Origin: Sarea resinae
Lineage: Eukaryota
DNA: 64,000 bases
Direction of reading: 5' to 3'
NCBI GenBank assembly: GCA_026026165.1
Contig: JAPEUD010000046.1
Span: forward strand, 1 to 64,000
Shown here: in pieces, positions 1-13,505 of the stretch
Layout: each line of letters starts with the position of its first letter
Position numbering within the stretch: position 1 is the stretch's first letter
Notes under the pieces: model-generated
Database searches by the model: none
Seen by the model: the letters and a program-made list of their open reading frames with translations, nothing else
Told to the model about the DNA's origin: nothing
Translations under genes and position numbers: made by a program

Positions 1-3
1 CCC

Positions 4-39
<36 letters not shown>
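1..39. repeat. poly-C homopolymer tract
   Basis: Nearly pure C run at the window start. Confidence 0.9.
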
Positions 40-1080
40 TTCCCCGGCCTAAAAGGAAAAAAAAGAAAAAGAGACAAGGTAAACACAAGCGCAGGAGCAT
101 GGATGTGTGACTCATTCCCCTCCTCCTCTTCTCTTCTGTTCCCTGCCCCCCTCTCCCCTTCCCTAAGCTTTCCGTCCCTCCTCTTCTCTTTCCTACACTT
201 TCCGTCATTTGTACAGAGTCCATCAAATTATCAATCAATCAATCAGACTACACGACGCGGAGAGTTGAAAAGCGAGGAAGAGGAGAAAGACGGTTGCCTG
301 CCCGCCCTGTCTGTCTACCTACCCTATCTGCCTGTCTAGTCAACTAAATATGAGGAGGCGCGCAGGTATCTTTTACTATCTATTCCAGCCATTCGAAGTA
401 AAGAAGTAAGCAAGACATAGTATATTAGACAGATACGACAGATAGATAAAAAAAGAAGAGGAACCCTGGAGTGTGGGTGGAGGTGAACAAACATTGAACC
501 ATCGCCTCAGTCCTTCTTTCAATCTAATCTGATCGGATCGGATCCCTTCCCTGCACGCCAAACAATAGCCGCGTGGAACCCCATACTGAGCAGGTGGGTT
601 CCGGCCAAAACAATGAGTGACGACGACGACGACATCTCCTCTCCCGATAATGCACTTACCGTATGCAGTATTGAATTGATTGATGAGAAGTGTGCCCTGG
701 CCAAGTACGCAGTAGGACAACGCAGACGAGCCAAGGGACCGTCGATATCAAAGTAAAGTAAATCCCAGCCATCTCAACCTGAACCCAGCAATTGGTGGCT
801 GCCCTGCTGCAGGAGACTCGTCACGCCTATCGTCACGCCTATCGTCACCATCTCCGAAAAAGGTGACTCGGTCAAGGTAAGATGCATTTTTGCTGCTGCT
901 GCCTGCTGGAAGAATGCACATGTAGCCATATCGGGCACGACCTCCTGAACCGTATCGTCTCTGACTCTCATGTCCTTGCACAACAAATGTGATCGCCGCA
1001 GCGAACGCCCAACACGAATATGCATGACTGTCCAGAAGCAAAACATCATTCAAGCCCGCTCCGGCCACCTCAGACCATCT

Positions 1081-4000
1081 TCACCAGTACTTGTCACCCC
1101 CGCCGACGCCGGCCTGGCTCGCGCTCGCAAAACCCCGCGGGCCTTGATTCCGCAACCCTACCCCGTCGATCCTATCGACCATCTCTCTCGTCACTGCCTC
1201 CAGATTCTCAAACACTTTCTCTTCCACAAACTCCCGAGGCTGCCATGTTGCGTCCCTGCCGACTTCCAATGCCTCGTTCTCTTGGAATTTCACCGACGCG
1301 ATTGAGCTTGTGAGGCAGACTTCATACCAGAGTTGCTGATTTCGGATCATCTCCGGAGCCGTCTTTGCTGCCAGGCGCAAAACGCCGTTTCCTGAAGGAT
1401 GTCGGTAAATATGCACATCTTGAACCTCGGTGAGCTGCAAGGAGATATCCGGATGTGATGCCGACTTGAAGTGTGTCTCTCTACGAATGCAAGCTGTCTC
1501 GACATGTAATCCGTTGACGGCGATATGCGTGTAAAGCTCGAAAATGCTCCGATGAGGCCTGATATGTTGTTAGATTAGTCAATCGCCCAATCTTAAAGAA
1601 GCATGTCGAATTTAAATATAGATCGGTGAGTCTCACGGAATGAAAACGTTTTCTAAAATCCTCTCAGCAGCCTCCTCGCATTCGGCAGTCGCTCGACTCA
1701 GGCCGGTCACTGAGAATCTTGCGTCCCATGTCCTTTTCACTCCTCAATATTAAACTCATCAATTGTGCTATGATTGACTGACCTCTTAGGAAAGTGCCAA
1801 TATATCTTGCCAAGTGCTTCGGGGGGAGTTCTGATCTATGCAACGTATCAGTTTATCCTCAATCTCATGCCTATAACATTGAATATAATAATAAACACCT
1901 TGGAAACCAGGGAGTCGTCTGATTTGATATAACTAAGGACGTTTCAGCATCGAAAGTGGAGAAAAGAGATGCAGACTTTACATCTGTTTGCCATCTTTGT
2001 CCGAACAGAAGAACTCGTAGAACACTTTGGTTCCATAAGGCTTCTCGTGAAACATTTTCTCCCCATCTGAAGATTTCAATTCAGAGATAAACTCTGCATC
2101 CTCAAACGCGGTAGTGACCCTATCCAAGTTAGCTTCTCCAACGGAACGTTAATATTGGCCTCACCTATTGGTGAAGGAGTCGTGTGGTGCCTTGAAACCG
2201 TGACCTCCAGAAAAGATACCATCCCATTCATCCACTACAAATGCAGACTTCCTGTACTTGGATGGCATTGAGTGTACAAATATCCTCCCCACTTCTACTC
2301 GCAACAAGATTTCTCCGGAAAACGATTGCGCCAATCGAAGCACCCGAATTGCTGCCTGGCTGAGTATGCCAGACATTGCTGACCCACTCTCGTGCTTTCC
2401 CTCCGAATCACCAGCGGCCTTCTTCTGGCCCATTGTTCGTTCGTATTCACGCGAATCTGCTTCGGCCTGTGCTTGCATTTTACCCGTCACGGGTTTCGCA
2501 CTTCTCGTTTGAGAGCTTGTTGACGCCGTTTTGGATATTGATCCATTTCGAATTCTCAGTTGTCTCGTAGTAACAATGCGTGGTATGAGTGGTGCGTTAT
2601 AGAATGATGGTAAAGGCGTCGAGGGTGGCATTCCACCTGAACTCTGAGACGTGCCCTGCTCTCCAATCAGGTCGATGAGCGGAGATTCCTCATCTTGGTT
2701 GTTGGATGTCTCTACAGGTGGACGTGGCTCGTACCCAGGAGGAATTGCGGGCGCTTTTCTTTCGTTGACACGCGCGGAGACATCGATCAAGCCTCCGTGA
2801 GCGGAGCGTTGACCCAAGAAATCCCCCCATTCTCTCTCGTCGGGCTGCCAGGGTTGCGGAGCACTTGCTGAAACAGACACCCGCGAAAGAACTTCGGAAG
2901 CTGCCTGCCGGCTCTTGGGTTTATTGATTTCTAAAGTTTTGGGACGCTGTGCTTGTTCATCGGGTACTGGAAAGCGAGGCAGAACCCAGGAGAAATTCTG
3001 GGAAGCGGGCTGATCAGCGCCCGTGTGCTGAGACAGAACTGCAGGTGTTTCGATGGAATCGGCGATCTCGGTCTCAAATAGACTTCCCGATTCTCTGCCA
3101 GAGACCGCTGTGGACTCTGCAATCTCATCCACCTTTTTAGATCCTTTGATTACTCTCTTTTTTCCAAAGGGCTTTCGTTGTAGGTCTGGTGGAGGAATAG
3201 CTGGAGGGGGAGGGGCGGCTATTGGCGTGCTACCGGGTCCCAACGAAGATGAACGAGGTTCGTCGTCTGTCTTGGCAACCCCCTTAGAGTTTCCGATAGA
3301 CGGTGCTAGACTTAATGCTGATATGGGCGCTTCAAGTTCTGGACCTTCCGAGAGCCACTTTCCCACTTGCAGTGCCTTTTCCCTCGACATGTTCTGACCC
3401 AGATGTGTTACTCTTAGTTTCGGAGAGACCACCTCCTTGGTCTCAGGCAGGTTCATTTCACTTCCGTGGGAATTATACTCGAATCCAGTCCATATAGATC
3501 TGAGATAAGAGATCTCCTGGCTGAGTTGAATTGGCCGAATGAATAGCTTCTCAAATTCATGTCGTCCCGTATCTTCATTGTATCTTAGCATGCGAACCAT
3601 CAGTCGTCTTTCGAGCTTTTCCGCGTCTTGCGACTGATCTGGTAGAAGAGTACAGCGAACCAACCAATTTTCGAGCTGGCTAAGTCGGAAAAATTGCAAT
3701 CTGAAATCGGAATCCTCATCGACCTGGAGCAAGTGAGAAGTTGGGGGTCTTAGCCGGAGATACTAGTCCGAGTTAACAAGAATCCTGTTCAATGTCCAAG
3801 GCAAGTTGACTCACGATGTCATTCTCTATCTTACTGAGTATGGATAGTGCAACTTCCACATCCGATAAGTGAGCGCCTTCAATTCGGACCTCATTTTTCT
3901 CGATATCAATCACTAAGCTGCAGTTTGTGCGATTCGACAAAGCTAAGAGAGATTTCCCTTGAGCTTGTATAGACGCTGGCAGGTCCCCTTGTTTAGGCCT

Positions 4001-4701
4001 CCAAGTCCGTTTGCAAGTAGGGTTTAGATTTCCTAAGGTCCTGTACTCAGGCTCCTCATCTTCCTCATCAGTGTCATCGAACAATCCGGAAGGCTGGTCC
4101 GGCCGTGTATGTTCAATTCGCTGGACTCTCGCACCCTGGTTTACACGTGAGATTTACGGGCAAGTTCAAGACTATATTTATCATACCTCACCATCACCAT
4201 ACTCAGCAGTCTCGGTGGAGATATATTTAGTGACAAGTGCGAGAAAAGAGTTGAAGATCTTGTCGCGAACCTCCGGAAGGCAATTATCAAGCTCCAGATG
4301 GAAGATCTAGAGCAGTCAGACCTGTTCTCGAGGACTGGTCAAGAGTCACTTACATCCGCTTCGTAGTCGTAGTCGCATACTGCACCTCGTGAAAGCTCTG
4401 TTGACCTTCAAGTACCAATCACCCGTCAGTTCGCAAATACTTTATCGCCAATACATGGAAGCTTACTTGAAGCTATGCGTGAGCTCCCTGACCTGGATAG
4501 TGAAGGTTATGTCAGTACCAGTGACTTTGACATCTGGAAGTAGAAACTCACTCCCTCTTTATTGAACTTGTAGACTGAGGCGAAAGAGTAATGAGGGGCC
4601 CCAACAGCCATGATACTGATGGGATATAAGAGCCTCTGAGATTGGAATAACGGACGAAGCGAAACAGGAAAAGTGGACGGTTGAGCAGTGACGGGGGTCA
4701 T
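1081..4701 (-). CDS. Uncharacterised multi-exon (about 11 exons) fungal protein: KH-like N-terminal segment, long disordered middle, globular C-terminal domain
   Basis: ORFs 3773-4084, 2161-3732 and 1081-1440 can be joined by short GT-AG introns with branch sites. Intervening exons read RVTTAFEDAEFISELK, IRTPPEALGKIYWHFPKR and TWDARFSVTG. The start is uncertain (ATG at 4701 or a downstream in-frame ATG). Confidence 0.7.
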
Positions 4702-5782
4702 TTTATAATGGAAGTCATCAACTGGGCGGAGGAGTTTCGAAAGTAAGTAGTAATGGTATCCTGGTGAATAACCAGAAAGCTGGAAGGTGCCTAGTAATCA
4801 AAGCGTGAGGCTTCCTCATTCACCGCAAGGCGAGGTAGGTAAGAAGGTAGACAGGTAGACAAAATCAGGTGGGTTTTCATGATGACGGGGTGTAGATAAC
4901 TGGAGTAGAGTGGAGTGGCGTCCAGTGGATCTGGCGAGATGCAGGATCAGGTAGGTTGAGTAGGGTAGGAAGAATTGAAGGATACAATGGGTGAAAGGGA
5001 CGGTCGAGGACGGCCACCGGCAGGAGAACCTGCAAAGACGCACCTACCGGCTTTATGTATGAGCTCACATCCGAAGTCTTTACTAGATCGTAATTCACCG
5101 TGGGAGAGCAATATCAAAACGTGAATGCGTAATCGCTCAATGTGGACTTTTCTCAGCGATTGCTCAAATCAAATGCAGTGAGTGGGATGCTAGAGTGTAA
5201 GTCGAGCCCTGGGTCCCCTGGAACCTGGAGTCAGTGGGCTCCGTGGCCACAAGGACATGCCGATAGAAGAAGCCAATGCGGTCAAACGCTGGAGACGGAG
5301 ACAAAGTCAATTGTCATCCAATGAGTTGATCTAGGCAGTGTCGCTAGGACGACGCGAGCACCTCATCCACGACTTCAACATCCGTTTCGTTTCGTCCTGC
5401 GATTGAAGCATGAGCCACATTAATGAGCAATGAGCAGCACAGTCACAATATCTGACAACAGCTTCGGTCTCTGACCAGCGCTCGATATGGTTGGAAATGT
5501 TTGAAATGAGAAGAATGTCCTTAGATAAACTCGAGAAGAGATTCAAAGGCCGTGAGCCATACTTCGAGATGAACCTTGAGTGACATAACCCCCACCGACA
5601 TATCACCTGTTACCCAGTTCAACCTCACAAAGGTAGCTCGCAGGCCACGGAATATGAAATTGAGTTGCCCTTGCCCTCTCATCTGAACCGTTGCGCCGTA
5701 TAGTGATGGATATCATATGCACATGTGGGACCGCCATGATTCCCGTCCAATGCTTCTCCGCTAACCTCGCCGGAAGCTGCCG

Positions 5783-6976
5783 TCAATCTGCCTCTCTGAC
5801 GTCGCGTGCGACATTGATGACATATTTCATTTCACCCATCACCCTCTCTAGCTCCTTAACAGCTTGGCCATTCCTCACGTCGTTGCTGGCCGATTTCTCT
5901 TTGATGTGCCGAAGGGCGTCTTCGGTCTCTTTCTGGTAGTCTTCGAACTTGAGGCCGATGGCCTCCTTTGACCGCCTCATCTTCTCGCTCTCCTGTTTGG
6001 TCTGTTCGCAGACGACATCCAACTGCTTGAGAGTCCTTTCATCTTCCCGCTTCTCGTTGCGCAGCTTGTCCAGATCTTCCCTAAGGGCCTGGACTTTGCT
6101 TTTATAGCTTGCGTCCAACTGGTTCCAGCTTGACGCCAATACGTCGTGTTGGTTTATCGCCTTCCGTGCCTTTTCTCGCTCTTCATTAACTTCCCTCCTA
6201 TACTGCTCGACAGTTTCGTCCCGTTCCTTGCATATCTCCCTGCTCTCTTTCTCAATCCTTTCCCGTCGCGATCTCTCCGTCTCTAGGTCCATTCTTAAAT
6301 CTTCGATCTTTCTCTCTCTTCTCGTCAAGGTAGCTAAATTCGTCTCGTGTATCTGAGTCAGATTTTCGTTCCTAGCTTTCAGGGATTCCATAGCTGCTCT
6401 CGCCATTTCGCTCCTTCGTTGTTCCTCCTCGCGACGTAGGGTTTGTAGATTAAGTTCGCGGCGAAGACGATCGTTTTCAGCCATTAGGCGCTCGATGACC
6501 CGGCCGGATTTTCCAGTTGCTGCGCGGCCTACAGCAGAAGACCATTGTGGAGACTGACGACCAGTGGGCGAGAGGTCAAGGTTAGGAGGAGGCGGAGAGA
6601 CCGATGTATCTAAACCGAAAGACTGTGACGTTACTCTTGGTGTAAATACCGGCGGCGATCTTGAGGGAGCGGTCTCGTCATGGCCATCGGCAACCATTTG
6701 TGAAGAATAACTGGACGACCGTCTGATCGGCGTGGAGGACGCCTGAGAGAAGCCATTAAGCCCGTTCATCGTGGATTGAAAAGGGTCCTCGTCCGGCGGT
6801 TTTAATGGTTCTAAAAACGATCAGCTGGGATGAAGCTATCGAATGAACGAATATCAGACGGTCGGATTTGGTTGCGTAGCAGAGAATAGAAGACGTGACC
6901 TACCCGCGCCAGAAGCCAGTCGGAACGTTCGTGGTCGGACTCTGTCTGGCTGAGGACTGCTGAGTCTCGATTTCAT
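5783..6976 (-). CDS. Coiled-coil protein, She3 (SWI5-dependent HO expression protein 3)-like
   Basis: The 328-aa ORF has the motif WSSAVGRAATGKSGRVIERLMAENDRLRREL followed by a long heptad region. A putative intron 6811-6903 (GTAGGT...GCTGA...TAG) links it in frame to an ATG at 6976. Confidence 0.7.
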
Positions 6977-7684
6977 GTCTAGAGCAGGGCGGAATTGACT
7001 AGAAGTGCGAACACTGGTATGCAAAGCAATCGGCCACAGAGGCAGAGAATGTGTGAACACGCAGAGCTCTCAGCATCGCGAGGAGAGCGGCCTGAGGGAC
7101 GTGCAGTGCCGTTCGAGAGTGTTGGTCGGCGGGTAGGTATTTAGTAGCTAAAGCCTAGGTAGGAGATACTTCGTGATATTTGTTTAGGCGGTGACTTGTC
7201 GGATAGACAACACTAAATTTATATACCGATAAGGTCAAATATACCAACCTGTCTGTAGACTCTAGACGATAAGGAAGCATTTTCTGGATACGATCTATCG
7301 AAAAAAAAAGGCGCAGGTCTGTCTGCCTCTTCGCTAAGTCTAATCTCAGCTACCAGGAATCTAGTACAGTAATGCACTGTCAAACTTGATTCTGTTCGAC
7401 CTTCACTGACCTGTGCTTAAAAAGGTAGGTAAGGTAAGGTACCTAAGCAATGAAGTTTAAGCGGTATACGTAGCAAAAGCACGATACAATAATAAATATG
7501 GAGCCTATGTGAAGAATATGTGACTACATTTGACTTAAAAGCTGCACTAAAATAATGCTGATGCATTATTCAAGCCTAATTTTAAAATGACACGGAGATC
7601 TATGGCCCACGCTCCTAAAGCTATGGATGCAGAAGGCCAGACGTACTCGCAAAGAACGTCGCGAGCAAGGAAATTTCTCGAGCA

Positions 7685-9495
7685 TCATGCTTCTGGTTTG
7701 CCCCCAGCGGCTTTCCAAGCGGCCGCCCGCTTGACACTTCTGTTCCGTGGTTTCTCTCCTTTTTTCTTCCCCTTGCCCGATTTTCCAAAGATGGCCCCCT
7801 TGCCACTCTTACTGGTAGCTCTATGGCCCTCGAAAACAAACGACTCTGGTGTACGGGCAATGTTCGCGAGACCTGCTTTGTGGCCATCTTGGGCTCTCAA
7901 TTGTGCCGCGCCTGCACGACCGAGGAGCTTGCCAGCGCGACCTCGCAGAGATTGTACTTGTGGCGTAAGCTTGGGGTTGTAGACGCCGTTCGTTTTGGCC
8001 GCAGGTGCCACGGCAGGTGATCTGGGATTGCCTGCTGGAGCCTTGCGTATATTCTTGGCACGTGTGACCCGAAGCTTTCGAGGAAGTAGGGGTGGAAATT
8101 TCTTTTCGTTGTAGAGAAGCGCTGCTTCAACCGAGTTGGGGTCCTTTTTCGGAGAGTTAGTCTTCATCCACACCAGCCTAGCTATTCGATACTGCATTAC
8201 ATACCACAAATTGCACATAGGCGATGCCTTTACCAACACGCGTTTTTGAGTCCCGGACTACCCTCACATTCTCTACAGCTCCAACCTTCGAAAACTCCTG
8301 CCACAGACCCTCTTCAACATCTGCGGGCTGCGCCGGCTTTCTGGACCTCTTCTTGCCGTCGAGGTCGTCCTCCGCAGCCTTGATCATGCTGTCATCATCC
8401 ACGAAGCCAAGGTTTCCAACAAAGACGCATCTCTTATTGTCTACTTTGGCAGGATGCGCGACACTGTCAACTCTAAGGTGTCTTTCGAGTACGACAGTAC
8501 CATTAAGTCTCTTCGTGGCTTCCCTCGCGGTGAGTGGGGATGAATACACGGCATATGCATTGGTGCTTTTGGTAGTGGCATCCATCAATTCTTTCTTTGC
8601 GAAAGCTGCTTTTCTTGGCAGAGCCTGGCTCGAGAATGCGGTTGAGCGAAAACGTAGAGATTCGACTTTGTGTGGAGTTGAGCTGGAAGGTAGAGAGGGG
8701 AAAAACGATGCAAGATGGCCCAGTAACGTCTTCTTGGCAGACTTGGAAGTTATTGCTAATGTGGAGACATTGGCAAGAAAGACGGTACGAGACGACTTTT
8801 CAAGCTCGGATTCTTCTTTTGAAGGAGCCAGACTCTCATGCTGGGGTATTTGGTCTGCGTCGAGGTCGTCTTCCGTATCATCGTCGCCATTCGTTGATGC
8901 GCCGTCGCCATCAGAAGACCCTTCGGTCCCATTCCCACGGTCTTCTTCAACTCTATTAGCACCGTCATTCTTCTGGCGCTTGGCTCTTCTTTCGGCTGAA
9001 CGTTTCTTTTCTTCCTTCTCCTCGTCTCTAGCCAGTCGATCCATGTATTTCGCTTCGAGCCCGTCATTCGCGTCTGGGCGCTTGCGTTTTCGACCTTGCC
9101 GATCCCCACTTGTCTCTTCTGCAGGATTTGTCGGCTCGATCTCAGAGGCGGAAGCCTCATCGGGCTCGCCATCGGAGAGATCGATATCGAGATCCTCGGA
9201 AGCAGAGGACAGTTCCTCTTCGTCCGATTCTGCATCATCGTCTAATTCTGCAGCATCTTTCGTGCGCTGTTGAGGTTCTTCGAGTCGGGATGGTGGCGGG
9301 CGTGTTACAGGTCCAGACTGTAGGGTACTATCAACAACACATTCCTTTGCATTCACGGGATCGGCATCAATCCCAGCTTACACTAGAAGCAAAGAGAGAA
9401 GCCAGACTAGGGTCGATGGCTTTTTCATTCGCGACGAGAGGCAGCGCCCCAGAGGTCATCGAGGCTTTCTTCCTCTTCTCTCCTGTTTTCGCCAT
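7685..9495 (-). CDS. NOP12: Nucleolar protein 12 (RRM protein, 60S biogenesis)
   Basis: N-terminal IDPSLASLFASS, acidic region, RTVFLANV...VESLRFRS, RRM CVFVGNL...VRVVRDSKTRVGKGIAYVQF, C-terminal FVFEGHRA. Two introns. Confidence 0.93.
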
Positions 9496-10473
9496 GATGC
9501 TCGACAAGGTTGGCGATCTTGCCGGATTCAATGTTGACTCCTGTTTGCGCCGGACTGAGGTAATCTGTAACGTGTGAATGCTGATGAGGAGCTGTTGACC
9601 CTGCTCCAAGCTGGCCTGTTGAGACGCTGGATTCGGTTCGCAAGAATTCTTTCAATATTTTGTGCACTGGAGCCAGTAAGGAACATGGGGGTACCTATTA
9701 GTTACCCTGCATTGGCGCGGCTGCTCCCATCAATGCCAAGTATCCTAGAGGTAATGGAGATATGAGCCGGCGATTGCCGCGCGCACATCTCAGGGCTGTC
9801 AAGCCAGAGTAGAGTGAGTAGAATACGACAGACGGCGAAGACCGCAATGGCAGAATGCGAAATCAACAATCAGTGATAGTATCCATCCGTGGATGTACCT
9901 CAGGTATCTACCGGGGCCAACTAAGTCGCGGCCAAGTCCCTTGTGGCCATCGTTCAGCCCTGTCAGGACTTGCCATCTACCTGACCTCCTGCGTCAGTGG
10001 CCGTCGCTCACGCTCACGCCCACGCTCACACGCTCTCTCGGCTTGTTCCGTGCTGCTCTCTTTCCTCGCTCCCCTCTGCCAATGAGCAGCCGAGCACCGG
10101 CCAGCAGCGAGCGCGGAAACGGTGGAGAGTCCCAGCTCGTCCACAAGGTCTCCGTCACTCATCGTCCGCCATCTTTCCCATCGCCCACCCAGAGCCTTCT
10201 TCTCACGCTTGCATGGACCATCTCATTGGCACTGTCCATCTCCATGTTTGGCAATTCCAGTGTGAATTACTCAGTCCCATTGCACCAACAGCCTCCAGAC
10301 GACTGCGGCGAGTGTCGTCCCTCGTCCCTCGTCCCTCGAGTGTGTGGTTCGCGCAACGCAGCCCATTCTCGATCGGCCAGTCTATCACAATCTCGCGCCG
10401 CGAACCCCCATCAATAGTCGGCTCTGCTTCAAGTCGAGGAGACGAGTGACGCTACGGTGCAGTGCGGGAGAAG

Positions 10474-13400
10474 ATGAGTGCGCCGCTCCGCAGAAGCAGG
10501 ACCAGATCGAAGCAATCTACTGGCAGCAGTGGATTCGCTCTCGCCGACGGTAGGTTCCATATCCTTTCATTCATCTAAAATCTGCAACGCTCTACCATAA
10601 TCTCCCACCAATCTGGATGCATCTCTCCATGCCCGAGACGAAGGGTTTCGACGGCATGGCTCAAGGGTGGAGAACTGCCCACTGCCTCACTCACCCGCTG
10701 GTCTCTGCGGCATGCTTCCCAGCTTGCCGCGACATCTGCACTTCACGAAACCTGTGTCCTACGAATTTATCCCCAGTTGCTGACCGCAAGTCCTCGAACT
10801 AGAATCCCGGGCACCTACTGAACGATCCAAAGGCGCGCGCTCACCGTCGCCCAACGTCGCAATTCCAGCCTCTACAGAAGATAGAGCCTCTGAGCCTCCT
10901 AACGCTGGTGACGATGCAATCGCAGATATCGCAGTCACTGACGCCGTCGGGACTGACGCAGTGCCCTTGGAGGACGCCCCAATGGTTGATCAGCCTGACA
11001 CCAATGCTGCGCAGGAGAGCTCTGGCGCATTGGCAGCCAGTCTGGCCGAGCATGCGGACGACGACAATCGCTCGAGTAGCCTTAGCGAACTCGGCGATGG
11101 GCCAGAAACGAATGAGGGCTCTGATTTAGAAGCTCATGATGCTAGCGGGAAGTCAGCAGACAACGATTCAGAAGCCGAGACTGAGCGCCTAGAAAATTCT
11201 CCCCAAAAGATTCAGAGGCATACAAATGTGGTACTCAATGCTGGCAAGCAGACTTCCAATGCACGCCTCAGCGTGTCATCGAAAGAGGGCAACTTTCCCA
11301 CCAACGGTGTGGAAGGCGGTTCGAAATCAATACCACCAAATGAAGAGGTCAATCTCTCGACTCCAGAAACAGGCAGAAACACGGCCGAGCTTGATTTGCC
11401 ATCTACTGCTCCGTCTTTGGGAGGCTCAGCTGCTGAGAGTATTCTTGCCCCCCTCCTACCTGAGGTCGCTGGCAAAAAGCGAAAGCGCACCGCTTCCGGC
11501 AGTAGGACCGTCAGCGATGATGAGGATGGGCCTTCCGATGAGCCGGTCAAAAAGCGAGTGGGATCAGTGCTCGAGGAGAGGAACGGCAATGGTGTAACAG
11601 AACATGAAGATGAGAGGTACGGGGATAAGGACGTTGACATGAATACCCCAGAGGTCGCCTCGGAAGTTGCATCAGAAGCGGATAATGACAAGGGAGAAGA
11701 AGTTGCCGACATGGCGAAAAACCGTCTCCACTCAGAAGAACGCCTTTCTTCTGTGGCTCTCACCAAGGATAAGAAGGGCAGAAGGAAAACTAAAAGATTC
11801 CAAGACGACCATAGTGTCAAAGAGTCACTAGAGAATGAAGCGAATGGGATAGGCGACTCGCCCGCCGAAATGGATAAAGGTAATGAAGGCGACGACATTG
11901 CGGAACGAGAAGCGGACGAAGAAGCTGCGGCTAAGAGCGACGACGAGAGTAAGTAATGCATGATGCTATCATCTGTATAGCAGTACAACATTCTGACTTG
12001 CTGGTTTGTGATTAGTGGTCAAGAAGATGGCAGCGATGGATGCTCTTAGTGCTATAGAGAAGCAATTTGCTTCCTTTAGAGATAGGTATGTTTGCGGATG
12101 CATATCTGCATGGTGCAGACAATGCCGATCTGTTCGCTCACGCTTTCTACAGATTATTCGACGAACGGCTTGCACAACTTTCAAATGAGCTCGCCATGCT
12201 CACACAGCCCGACTCTACAAACCCTGAATTCTTAGCGATGCTCCAATGCCTTGATGCACGCCGTGATGAGAAAATAGCGCAAGAGCAGACCCTGCTATCT
12301 TACAAAATCAGATCTCTCGAAGTACGATGTATTGCTGAACGAAGTCAACTGCATAGTCAGTACTTTCAATCCGTACGGGCCATTCGAGAGAAGAAGCTTG
12401 AAGAGGTTGGAGAGCAGTGGTATCAGATCCAGCGAGATCGAAGAGGGCTTGAGGGGACAGTCCCGGATTTCTCTTATAAATTTCCCGCTCGCCGATCACA
12501 ACAAATCACTCAGCAGACCGCTTACAACCTTGAGGTGTCGGTACTATCAGGTGTTGCGAAATATGTTGGATTTCCAGCTGCACCCCCAATCGAAGGGGCT
12601 CGTCCATCAGAAATGGATGAAGACTTTCAAAAGATGGCAGTAAGTAAATCAATGGCGGATCTCGGTAACAATGCTCATGCATATTGTTCTAGATCAAACC
12701 ACGGACAAGGACTGCAAGCCAACAAGGGCCTACGCGTGCAGCATTTTCATCTGCTATGCCTAAACCCAAACCAGCAGCAGAGGAACAGTTTCTTGAGCAG
12801 ACTCCTTGGGCCAATCCTCAGCATCCGGCCCATCAACAGCACCTCTCTCACATCCAGCGGCAAATGACTCAGCAGCCACGTACTGGCAGTCCTTTTACGG
12901 GACCTTTCACGACGCCGGCCGGTCAGAGACGTGTCGTGGACTTCAGTGCACCAAATGGCTCAGCATCCACCATAGGAGCCGCTTCCGCGACAATGTCTTC
13001 TCAAGCCGGTACACCCACCGATCCAGAATACGGTCACATGCAAGGTCAAACACATGGAAGAAATAACACCGAACACCTGTCTCCTCTTCACCGTCTGACA
13101 AGCAACCCTCAGACTACGGCCAAGCCCTCTGCTACCCTTGCTGGCGCCAAAGAGACCCCTAGTTCGTCTGAGCCTCACCCTGAAGGCCCATTTCACAATC
13201 CTTCAGGGCTTCCTTCAGACTCCCCTGCTGCTCAACGACAATACCAGCCATCGGCTGCAAGTGGAGTGGACCAAGCGTCGTCTAATTCATACAACAACTC
13301 GAGCTTCGTGCCTCGAACGGGAGCTTTTGGCACTCCTGTTGGCGGCCCAACAGTGAGCTTGACATCTGGCGACCATGCGAAGATCAAAGATGAAGATAGC

Positions 13401-13505
13401 CCCGAGAAGAGGATGGCCTCCCCTTCAGTGGCGCAGTCCTCACCCCTGAAGAGTAATGGCTTACCCGCAGGTATCGGAGTTGGAGGACCTAGTAATGCTC
13501 GCTAG
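10474..13505 (+). CDS. DEP1: Rpd3L HDAC complex subunit Dep1 (Sds3-like family)
   Basis: SSSLSEL and DSEAETERLE motifs; Sds3-like coiled coil (AMDALSAIEKQFASFRD, ERSQLHSQYFQ, EVSVLSGVAKYVGFPAAP). Exon 1 (10474-10549) splices in frame to 10803; three further introns. Confidence 0.88.

Noticed and set aside
8224..9273. Long antisense ORFs (also 11212-11991, 42832-43668 alternative frame, 55936-56673)
   Set aside because: Shadows of real CDSs caused by codon bias and GC content.
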